Shown here piece after piece: positions 42,850-51,564 of a stretch of DNA of 64,000 bases. Numbering within the stretch: position 1 is the stretch's first letter; each line of letters starts with the position of its first letter. This DNA comes from a virus (lineage: Duplodnaviria; Caudoviricetes), in IMG/VR virus record IMGVR_UViG_2595698882_000001, positions 1 through 64,000 of that record. The stretch is one strand, 5' to 3'. The notes under the pieces were generated by a model that was given only the letters and a program-made list of their open reading frames with translations, did no database searches and was not told the origin of the DNA. The position numbers and the translations under genes were made by a program.

Positions 42850-44559
42850 ATGGCACAATCTTACGGATACGACAGAGAGCGTCCACGTACAGAAGTATTT
42901 CTTGACTCCAGCAACTTGGGAGCCGCAAACGTAGCTAGTGAAAAACCACTGGTACTCATGGGCTCTGCTAACGGCGGTCAGCCACACGTACCACACTTGA
43001 TTACCAACTACGCTCAAGCTCGGGAAATGTTCCGTGGCGGGGAACTGTTAGACGCAATTGAAATGGCTTGGAATCCATCACCTACAGCTCAAGGTGCAGG
43101 TAAAATCTACGCTATGCGTACAGATGACGCTACCCAAGCTAAGTTCTCAAACGGAGGTTTGACTGTAACCTCTAAGCTGTATGGAGCAGATGCGAACAGC
43201 ATTCAAGTAGAATATGCCGATAACAACTTGACTAAGTCTAAACGTTTCAGCGTGTATTTCACAAAAGAACGTTATGAGCAAGTCTACGACAACATCGGTA
43301 ATATCTTCACCGTACAGTACAAAGGGACAGAGGCTCAAGCTACTATCTCAATCGAAGTGGATGCAAACACTCATTTAGCTACTCGTCTTGTACTTAGTGC
43401 AGGAGAAGACGCTGAGTCTTTACAGCCTCTTCGTACATACGAACTAGGTCAAGGGGTTTACCAAGATGTTAACGTTCTTGTTAACGACATCAATAACCTT
43501 CCTGACTTCGAAGCAAAAATGAATACTCTTGGTGGAAACAAAAACATCGAAACTGAGTACCTCGATGAGTTGACTGCAACTGATGTTAAAACATCTCAAG
43601 TGGTTGTTACAGCTGTAGGTGCTGACCTCATCAACCAAGTGTCTAACGATACATACGTAGCTGTTGAGGTAGACCGAGCTCAAGCTCTCCCTGCATCTTT
43701 CACTCTAACAAACCTCTCTGGAGCTAAGACTGAACCAGCACCTGCTTCTTGGGCAGAACTGTTTAGTAAAGTAGCTGACTTAGGAGCTTACTACATCGTC
43801 CCGTTAACTGCTGAAGAAGCAATCCATGGAGAGCTCTCTCAGTTCCTACGTGACGAGTCTAACAATGGTAACCATTTAAGAGGTTTCGTTGGAGGTAAGT
43901 TCAAGGAGTCTATTGAGACCATGAGAGGTCGTCAGATGAACCTTCGTAACTCTCGGGTGGACCTCATCGGTAACTCCGGTACACGCAGAATGTCTGATGG
44001 TCGAGTGTATAACTTCCCTGCTTACATGTATGCAGCTCTTGTCGGCGGTATCGCAAGCGGTTTAGACATTGGTGAACCACTTACATACAAACGTGTAAAC
44101 ATCGAAGCTCTAGACATGAAGTTCACAGGAGACCAGTTAGACCAGCTGAACAACTCAGGTATCATCATGACAGAATTTGTACGTACTCGTACTGCATCAT
44201 ACTACCGCATCGTAAGTGATCCAACTACTTACAACGTAGCAAGTGATCCAGTTCAGAACCGTACATCTCTGGGAGAAATCTCTGACTTCTTGACAACTGA
44301 GATTCGTACAGTGTTGGATGAAGAGTTTATCGGAACTCGTCTCCGTAACACATCTGCTTCTATCTTGAAGAACCGAGTAGAGTCCTTCCTCGACAGACAG
44401 AAAGATGTTGGCGGCTTGATCGTTGATTACAACCCAGACGATGTTCAGGTTATCATCACAGGAAATACAGCCCGTATCAACATCTCTGTAAAACCTGCTC
44501 AAGGATTGGATTACATCAACGTCTACATCACGTATGAAGATGTTGAGTTGACAGCCTAA
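42850..44559 (+). CDS. tail sheath protein
   Basis: FRGGELLDAIEMAWNP motif, 569 aa. Confidence 0.95.
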   Translation: MAQSYGYDRERPRTEVFLDSSNLGAANVASEKPLVLMGSANGGQPHVPHLITNYAQAREMFRGGELLDAIEMAWNPSPTAQGAGKIYAMRTDDATQAKFSNGGLTVTSKLYGADANSIQVEYADNNLTKSKRFSVYFTKERYEQVYDNIGNIFTVQYKGTEAQATISIEVDANTHLATRLVLSAGEDAESLQPLRTYELGQGVYQDVNVLVNDINNLPDFEAKMNTLGGNKNIETEYLDELTATDVKTSQVVVTAVGADLINQVSNDTYVAVEVDRAQALPASFTLTNLSGAKTEPAPASWAELFSKVADLGAYYIVPLTAEEAIHGELSQFLRDESNNGNHLRGFVGGKFKESIETMRGRQMNLRNSRVDLIGNSGTRRMSDGRVYNFPAYMYAALVGGIASGLDIGEPLTYKRVNIEALDMKFTGDQLDQLNNSGIIMTEFVRTRTASYYRIVSDPTTYNVASDPVQNRTSLGEISDFLTTEIRTVLDEEFIGTRLRNTSASILKNRVESFLDRQKDVGGLIVDYNPDDVQVIITGNTARINISVKPAQGLDYINVYITYEDVELTA

Positions 44560-44622
44560 TTAACAATGCTGGGGAGGTTATAGCCTCCCTAAGCACTTAA
44601 TAAATGATAGGAGTGAAGTTTA

Positions 44623-45048
44623 ATGGCAAGTGTAACTAACCAGTCCGTACATTCCGCTAATACGGTGTACTTCATGATCAAGAACGTACCGATTGCCCGG
44701 GCACAGTCCATCTCTGCTGAACGTAGTTTTGGTACTACTGGGGTTTACCAGATCGGTTCTATCATGCCACAAGAACACGTCTATCTGAGATACGAGGGCA
44801 GCGTAACAGTTGACCGTTTCCGTATGAAGAAAGAAAACCTTGCAACCCTTGGTATGGCTGCTTTGGGTGAAGAAGTTCTTCAGATGGACATTATGGATAT
44901 TGTACTATACGATAACTACTCTCAAGAGGTTATCATCGCTTATCGTGGATGCTCTATCGACACTTACAATGAGACAACTAACGTTGGGGAAATCGTAAGT
45001 GAGCAAGCTCGTTTCTACTTCTTGACATCCGCAAATGTCAGAGGTTAA
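44623..45048 (+). CDS. tail tube protein
   Basis: GVYQIGSIMPQEHVYLRYEG motif. Confidence 0.93.
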   Translation: MASVTNQSVHSANTVYFMIKNVPIARAQSISAERSFGTTGVYQIGSIMPQEHVYLRYEGSVTVDRFRMKKENLATLGMAALGEEVLQMDIMDIVLYDNYSQEVIIAYRGCSIDTYNETTNVGEIVSEQARFYFLTSANVRG

Positions 45049-45095
45049 AACAGAATTATGGGACCTATAGGGTCCCTTTTTTATTTACTCTGTAC

Positions 45096-45112
45096 ATTAC
45101 AGTTACTTTACA
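45096..45112 (-). promoter_or_regulatory. WalR box
   Basis: TGTAAA-gtaac-TGTAAT on the minus strand fits TGTWAH-N5-TGTWAH, upstream of an extended -10 (TGcTAAATT) with a poor -35. Confidence 0.6.
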
Positions 45113-45232
45113 ATCCTGTAACATGTGTCTAATATGGAGTCCTTTGTGCTAAATTAAGTAGAGTGAGTAAAACAGATATCACTCACATTGAGCGCTAATA
45201 GGCGCCTTGCAAACACAGAGAGGAGTTTTTAA

Positions 45233-45820
45233 ATGAACTTAAAGAAGGGTATCGTAGCTTGTGCAGCAGCTTTAGGGGTGACTTTTGCCGGACAGTCTGC
45301 CGCATCAGCCGCATCCGTAAATACATACAGTGTGGTGGATTTCTTAGCTGCTCGTGGAGAGGACTCAAGTCTTAGCCACCGTAGTGAACTGGCTGCTGAT
45401 CATGGAATTACAGGTTATAGAGGAACAGCCAACCAGAACTTACAGCTTCTCGAAAAGCTGAAAGGAACACCAGCGGCTGTTAATAAAGTCACTCAGAGCA
45501 AACCTGTTGCCGCTAAGCCACAGGCAGAGGGTAAATCCCTTACAGTGGAAGCTACAGCGTACACAGCGTACTGTGCAGGTTGTTCAGGTGTAACAGCTAC
45601 AGGGGTTAACTTGAAAGCTAACCCGGGACTAAAAGTTATTGCAGTGGACCCTAATGTTATTCCATTAGGATCGAAAGTTTATGTTGAGGGATACGGAACT
45701 GCCGTAGCTGCCGATACGGGTGGAGCTATTAAAGGGAACCGTATTGATGTGTTCATCCCTAGCCAGAGTGCAGCAGAAAACTTTGGGCGTAAAACAGTAC
45801 AAGTAACGGTTTTAAATTAA
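45233..45820 (+). CDS. secreted 3D-domain (YocH-like) cell-wall protein
   Basis: Signal peptide; cell-wall-binding repeat shared with the endolysin; ATAY...VIAVDP.VIPLGS.V.VEGYG.A.A.DTGGAIKG.RID. Confidence 0.9.
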   Translation: MNLKKGIVACAAALGVTFAGQSAASAASVNTYSVVDFLAARGEDSSLSHRSELAADHGITGYRGTANQNLQLLEKLKGTPAAVNKVTQSKPVAAKPQAEGKSLTVEATAYTAYCAGCSGVTATGVNLKANPGLKVIAVDPNVIPLGSKVYVEGYGTAVAADTGGAIKGNRIDVFIPSQSAAENFGRKTVQVTVLN

Positions 45821-45927
45821 CAGGTGCCTAGCACCTGTTTTTTTTTATAAAAACTATTGACGAGATGTAATCTAGTAAATATAATAGAGTTACAAGGTTA
45901 ATACAAAGTAACTAGGGGGAAGATTAA

Positions 45928-46440
45928 ATGACAACTAAATTCAATGAGAGAGCAGCGTTACAGCAATATTTAAACCATGTACTAGAAGAGAGATCACGAC
46001 TTTTAGACATCGCAAACAATATCACAAACCGTTTAAGAGAACTTGATGAAAGTGAAAATGTACAAGTTCCGACAGTCCCTGTATCTGGGGAAGAGATGAG
46101 TGTTCTTGATGCTATTAACAAACACAGTAGCCTACATAGCGCAAATGTAGAGGCTGCTAAGACAGAAGGAAAACTTGTAGATATTGAAATAAGAAGAGAT
46201 CATGACAACAAAGCTAGTTCTGTTAGAACAAAATCACGAAGAGATGTAAAACAGGTTGCCCGAGTAGTTGCATCTGCTCTAAAAGAAGCCGGGGTTCCGT
46301 TGTCAACATCTCGTATCATAGAGAAATTAGAGGAGAAAGGCATCCCAACTAACTCAGTTTATGCATTACTAGGTCAGATTAAAGATTACGAACCTAGAAT
46401 TTCACAACCGAAACGGGGCTATTACCAATACAAAGGGTAA
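45928..46440 (+). CDS. hypothetical protein with possible C-terminal winged helix
   Basis: Own sigmaA promoter (TTGACG...TATAAT, ~45857-45885). Confidence 0.75.
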   Translation: MTTKFNERAALQQYLNHVLEERSRLLDIANNITNRLRELDESENVQVPTVPVSGEEMSVLDAINKHSSLHSANVEAAKTEGKLVDIEIRRDHDNKASSVRTKSRRDVKQVARVVASALKEAGVPLSTSRIIEKLEEKGIPTNSVYALLGQIKDYEPRISQPKRGYYQYKG

Positions 46441-46523
46441 TAGCCTTTTGTATGTTATAATAAAAATAGACGAACAATTTACTGCTATATTATTAATGAG
46501 AATACATTTAGGAGGAATTTAAA

Positions 46524-46940
46524 ATGTCAGAAGAGTTTATCCCTTTAGAAGATTTTGAACAGGAAAAGACACCGGAGCAGCGTGAAGTTGAGGAACGTCA
46601 AAAGCAAAAGAAAGCCATTGACCGCATTGTTCGAGGTGTTAATGACGTTTTTGAAAAAAATTACAAGTATGAAGAGCTTGGTTGGGATTTTACAGTGAAA
46701 ATCAAAATGCCTAACGCTATTGAACGAGGGCGCATTCATGCTACAGCTACAAGATACCTAGGTGGGTTGTTTGACTTTTCAAACGAGTACCACAGAATTG
46801 TATACACTACACTGGCGACATTAGAGGTATGTGGTATTGATGTACCGGAAGAGCTAAAAGCAGAGAACCTATATCATTTAGATGTTGCGTATAAAATCGG
46901 AGAGGACTTCATAGAGTGGACCCAGACCTTTCGAGTATGA
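46524..46940 (+). CDS. tail assembly chaperone
   Basis: Position before the tape measure gene; IVRGVND motif; ends at a frameshift site. Confidence 0.8.
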   Translation: MSEEFIPLEDFEQEKTPEQREVEERQKQKKAIDRIVRGVNDVFEKNYKYEELGWDFTVKIKMPNAIERGRIHATATRYLGGLFDFSNEYHRIVYTTLATLEVCGIDVPEELKAENLYHLDVAYKIGEDFIEWTQTFRV

Positions 46941-47586
46941 GCTGAAAGAGCTCGGAGGCATGGAAAGGTTAGCTAGAACTCCGTATATGCGGAACCTATG
47001 GCTAATCATGAAGACCTTCAACGTACTACCCACAAACAAAGATTTTAGAGAACTTTCAGATGACCAGATCGACATGATGATCTACTCATTTAAAGAAGAT
47101 GCTAGAGAAGCAGAGTTGGCTCGTAAAGGACTTACAGTCGAGAGTGAGCACTTTGACGCATCCTTTGAAGAAGAGGTATGGAACGCAGATGTCGGGAAAT
47201 GGGAAGTTCTTAAAGAAGGGCATGACCCTAACGAAATCGCTAAACAAGTTGAAATGCTTACACGTAAAGAGGACCTTAAGAACCTCGCTGGTAAGTTTGA
47301 CAGCTTAGAGGAATACAACAAATATCTTGAAGAGGGCGGTAAGCCTGCTAGAGAGATGGACGTTGAACGCCATATCGACAAGCAGATCGCTTTAGCAATG
47401 GAAAAAGCAAGGCAGCTTGAGGCGGTCGGAGGAGACAGGAAACTTATTGATGACCGAGACCGACCAGAGGTGGCTAACAATTCCGCACTAAGCGATAACA
47501 AACCGTCCCTAGATAAGGACGCAATCGACAAATCTATCGCATTGTTTAACTCCATGGACGATGATGACGAGTTTGACCCGATATAA
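46930..47586 (+). CDS. tail assembly chaperone, +1 frameshift extension
   Basis: ACC TTT CGA site; the +1 frame reads FEYELKELGGMERLAR...; the ATG at 46960 has no properly spaced RBS. Confidence 0.75.
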   Translation, partial: FEYELKELGGMERLARTPYMRNLWLIMKTFNVLPTNKDFRELSDDQIDMMIYSFKEDAREAELARKGLTVESEHFDASFEEEVWNADVGKWEVLKEGHDPNEIAKQVEMLTRKEDLKNLAGKFDSLEEYNKYLEEGGKPAREMDVERHIDKQIALAMEKARQLEAVGGDRKLIDDRDRPEVANNSALSDNKPSLDKDAIDKSIALFNSMDDDDEFDPI

Positions 47587-47648
47587 GAGGTAGAGGTTAC
47601 TTAGTGCCTCTACCCTATTTTTATTCTTGAAGGGAGAGTGATGATACA

Positions 47649-50600
47649 GTGGCAAACGTGGAGAAGTATATATTCGGAGTGGACGCAGATACCTCGAAAG
47701 CTGTTAGTAAGCTCCAACAGATTAATAAACTAATGGATCAGATTGACGGTGTTCGTAACAGAGGTATGGGTGAGTATTTCACAACCACTCAGAAAGACAT
47801 GGACAAAAGCATGCGCTCTATGTCGCAGCTTACAAAGTTGTATCGCTCTTTGGATCGAGAACTCTCAGAGATTCAGCGGAAGATGGAAGATGTATCCGGC
47901 AGGTTAACAATACCTAAAGGAGCTACAAAAGAGCAAGAGCGGGAGATCAAACGTCTTAAGCAGCAGATGGCTGAACAGAGCCAAGCAGCTATATCACAGC
48001 AGCGAGCGTTACAATCTGAGTATAACAAGACCCTGAGAAAGTTCCGTGAGCTTTCTACATTCCAGCAAAACTCCTCTAAAAACTTCAAACACGTCTTCAG
48101 TTCCAATGATCTGTTTAACCTCCCTACAGGAGCTCAAAACTTTAATCGGGCTAAGTCGGTCATGCAAGCCATGGCATCTGAAGCAGATGGAGTTTCTAGT
48201 AAGATAGACGAGGTAAAGGCAAAGATACAAAGTGTCAATAAACTAGACAGACGGGCAGAAAGTCTTACTCGTAGAGCAGAAGCGTCTAAGTACATGTCGT
48301 ACCAGCAGGCTTCTAACTACAGACGGGACTATAGAACAGTTACTCAAGAGTACGGGGCTGAGCGGGAGTCTAATGCAAATGCAATGGCACGTCTCGGACA
48401 AGAGAGAACCACTTTACATAACCGAGTACAGGAAATCCAAACAAAGGCGAATGCTACGCAGCAGGATATCGACAGAAAGATTGGTATGCAGCAGACGATA
48501 GACGCCATCGACAAAGAAATACAGGCTCGTATGGAACTGGACCGTGTTCTACAGCGAACCACGCAGAATATGAAAAGCTATGAGCAGCGGGTAACTAAAG
48601 ATGGTGGAGTAGAGGTAAAACCTGAACGAGGCACTTTCTTAGGTATGATGTATGAACGTGCACCGGCTATCGGTCTCGCACTTGGAGGAGCTGCTGCCGG
48701 AGTTGCAGGCGGTTTGTATCACCAAGGCGCCCAGCTGAATCGAGGAATCCGTAGTGATGTTGTTTCCATAGGGCAGCGCACCGATTCAGACAACTGGACA
48801 GAGACAATTCGAGATAATGCTTTAAATGCAGGTCTCAAAGATCGACTAGGGTTCGGTGGTCAAGAGATGCTCGCATTCCAGAACAACTACTTATCTAATG
48901 CCGGGTACAAAGGTATGGATGACTTAAATTCAGCCATGACTAGCCAAGCAATATTCAGCCGGACTACAGGTGTCGATTCAGATACTACTCGTGATTTCTT
49001 CGATACTGCCTTCAGTACCGGAGCAGTAAACGGTTCTCAAGTAAAAGACATTCAAAATGCTTTCATCGGAGCTATTAAGCAGAGTGGTATGGAAGGTCGT
49101 GAGAAAGACCAGTTAAAAGCTTTACAAGGTCTTTTAGATGGAGTGTCTCGTGGGCGTAGCATGACCAATGATGAAGTAATGAATGTCATGGGGATGCAGT
49201 CGGTTCTTGCGAGTACAGGTGTACGATCTTTAAGTGGAGAAAAAGGCGGACAGCTTTTATCTGATCTTAACGAGGGAATCCGTCAAAGTATTGACAATCC
49301 AACGGCAAGACTTATATTTGGGCAAGGGACAAAGTACCAAGGTTTAGAGGGTCGTTTCGCCCTTCGTAAACAGCTTGAAAAAGGTATCAGCGATGTTGAT
49401 AATGTTAAAAGCATTGCTGCTTACGCACAAAGTCAAGCTGACACCGAAGGCGGACAAAATGAGGTCTTTGCCCAAGCTGTTAGGAGCCTTTTAGGTACTG
49501 ATATCACTTCCGAACAGACTGAAGGACTAATGGGATTATACCGAGACGGTAAGCTTACCGATGAGACTCTGAAAGGCTACGTAGATTCTAATAAGTCTAC
49601 CGGGTCCAAGACTGCTGACGAGAGACTCAGTAAGTACCAGGATTCTAAAGAAGCAACGAGTAACCAGAGTGAAGCCACTACGGAGAAGCAAGCTACACAA
49701 CTATATGACTACGGTAATCTACTACGGGAAGCAAATTCCGCCTTGTCAGGGCTTAATCCACTAATCTATACAACGACTGCGGCTTTGGCTGGATTAACAG
49801 CTGCTGCGGCAGGAGCCGCAGGTTCCTTTGTAATGTCTTCCTTACTACGAGGAGCTATCGGGGGTCGTATGGGTTCCGGGGGATCAATTTTAGGTCCGCT
49901 AAGTAGAGGTCGTGGAGGAGGAACTACTGGTGGCGGAGGTGGTGGATTTTTCGGAGCACTCAGAAGCTCAGTTGGACGTTACACTGACCCTTACGCCCGT
50001 GCTGGGGGGTTACCTAACACAGGTCCTGCTGGGGGAGCATCATCTTCTAGCGGAGGACTGTGGAGCAGAATCACTGGAGGTGCCGGAGCTACCGCAGCAG
50101 GCGCAGGAACAGCAGCTGCTGGGGCTGAAGCAGCAGCCGGAGCCGGGGCAGGTGCCGCTGGAGCAGGAGCCGCCGCTGGCGCAGCTAGTGGGGGAAGTAA
50201 GGTCTTGTCTACTCTCGGTAAAGTAGGAGGAGTCCTTAGTAAGGTTGCCCTTCCTCTGAGTATTATCGCTGGTGTCGGTTCTATTGCTGCCGCACCGGAG
50301 GATAAGAAAGGAGAAGCAACGGGGTCCGCTGCCGGAGGTATCGGTGGAGGTCTCGCTGGTGCTGCTGCGGGTGCCGCTATTGGTTCCGTTGTCCCGGTCG
50401 TAGGTACCGCCATCGGAGGACTCATCGGCGGGGTCGCAGGTTCCTTTGGAGGAAGTAGTCTGGGTGGCTGGGTTGGAAGTATGTTTGACCCTAAAACTGC
50501 TGAAGCTGCTGAATTACCTGAGACTGAGAAGGCAAAGGGCGCTGATGAAAAGATCGTTAACGACCTTGATAAGCAGGTAGACAAAGAGACCACAAACACC

Positions 50601-51446
50601 AAAGACCGAGCAGAGAATAAGAAAGCAGATAATCTTGCTCTAGAGAAAGCCAACATCAAGAGATATGAAGCGTTACTAGATCAGGCAGACCAGCTGCTAA
50701 ACAAAGCTCGCCTCCAGAATGGTATTATGGGTAGCTTAGGTGGAGCAGATGCTAGTGGATCAGGAGGAGCTGGTGTAGGTGGTAGCACTGGTAAACTCAA
50801 GATTCTTTCTGGAAATCAGAAGTGGGCAAACCCTAATGATCTTAAAAACTCAGACTTAGGATACACGGACGGTAAGCTTACAGCAGAAGACCTCGATAAG
50901 TGGATCGAGTCTAAAGCTCCTGAAGGTTCTATGATGAGAGGTATGGGTTCCGCCTTCCTGAAAGCAGGACAGGAATCTGGTCTTGACCCTCGTTACTTGA
51001 TTGCACATGCTGCACAAGAAACAGGTTGGGGTACTTCTAACATCCTTAAGGATAAGAACAACTGGTTCGGTATCGGTGCCTTCGATAACTCCCCACACGC
51101 CTCCGCCAAGACGTTTGGTGGGAAGCAGCAAGGTATCATTGATGGTGCGAAGTGGATAGCCCAGAACTACTACAGTAAAGGGAACACAACTCTTGACAAG
51201 ATGAAGAAAGCCGGGTACGCCACAGACCCGCAGTGGGCTAACAACATTAGTAATATCATGAAGAACGCACCTACGGGTACGGGAAGCGTGAAAGTGGAAT
51301 CCACAATCAACGTAAACGTCAAAGGTGGGGACGATGTAGCTAAGAAGGTTACCAGCAACGCCCAGATGAAGTCCTTAGCAAACCAAGTAAACAACGCCAT
51401 TTACGGCTCTATGAACTATTACTCCAAAGAAGTGAAGAGGGTATAA
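47649..51446 (+). CDS. tape measure protein with C-terminal glucosaminidase domain
   Basis: 1265 aa helical, Gly/Ala-rich segment; LIAHAAQETGWG...NNWFGIGAFD...YATDP.WA. Confidence 0.9.
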   Translation: MANVEKYIFGVDADTSKAVSKLQQINKLMDQIDGVRNRGMGEYFTTTQKDMDKSMRSMSQLTKLYRSLDRELSEIQRKMEDVSGRLTIPKGATKEQEREIKRLKQQMAEQSQAAISQQRALQSEYNKTLRKFRELSTFQQNSSKNFKHVFSSNDLFNLPTGAQNFNRAKSVMQAMASEADGVSSKIDEVKAKIQSVNKLDRRAESLTRRAEASKYMSYQQASNYRRDYRTVTQEYGAERESNANAMARLGQERTTLHNRVQEIQTKANATQQDIDRKIGMQQTIDAIDKEIQARMELDRVLQRTTQNMKSYEQRVTKDGGVEVKPERGTFLGMMYERAPAIGLALGGAAAGVAGGLYHQGAQLNRGIRSDVVSIGQRTDSDNWTETIRDNALNAGLKDRLGFGGQEMLAFQNNYLSNAGYKGMDDLNSAMTSQAIFSRTTGVDSDTTRDFFDTAFSTGAVNGSQVKDIQNAFIGAIKQSGMEGREKDQLKALQGLLDGVSRGRSMTNDEVMNVMGMQSVLASTGVRSLSGEKGGQLLSDLNEGIRQSIDNPTARLIFGQGTKYQGLEGRFALRKQLEKGISDVDNVKSIAAYAQSQADTEGGQNEVFAQAVRSLLGTDITSEQTEGLMGLYRDGKLTDETLKGYVDSNKSTGSKTADERLSKYQDSKEATSNQSEATTEKQATQLYDYGNLLREANSALSGLNPLIYTTTAALAGLTAAAAGAAGSFVMSSLLRGAIGGRMGSGGSILGPLSRGRGGGTTGGGGGGFFGALRSSVGRYTDPYARAGGLPNTGPAGGASSSSGGLWSRITGGAGATAAGAGTAAAGAEAAAGAGAGAAGAGAAAGAASGGSKVLSTLGKVGGVLSKVALPLSIIAGVGSIAAAPEDKKGEATGSAAGGIGGGLAGAAAGAAIGSVVPVVGTAIGGLIGGVAGSFGGSSLGGWVGSMFDPKTAEAAELPETEKAKGADEKIVNDLDKQVDKETTNTKDRAENKKADNLALEKANIKRYEALLDQADQLLNKARLQNGIMGSLGGADASGSGGAGVGGSTGKLKILSGNQKWANPNDLKNSDLGYTDGKLTAEDLDKWIESKAPEGSMMRGMGSAFLKAGQESGLDPRYLIAHAAQETGWGTSNILKDKNNWFGIGAFDNSPHASAKTFGGKQQGIIDGAKWIAQNYYSKGNTTLDKMKKAGYATDPQWANNISNIMKNAPTGTGSVKVESTINVNVKGGDDVAKKVTSNAQMKSLANQVNNAIYGSMNYYSKEVKRV

Positions 51447-51564
51447 CCCTCTTCTTTTCTTGTTTTAAGGGACCTCGAAGGTTCGTGCTATAATAGTATA
51501 TGAAGGGGTTTATAACAAACAGAAAAGACACCCTACTAACATACTGTGAAAGGGGGCTACTTAA

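Noticed and set aside
49991-50659. 222-aa Pro/Ala-rich minus-strand ORF (and 49912..50226)
   Set aside because: Shadow of the Gly/Ala-rich segment of the tape measure gene; no RBS.
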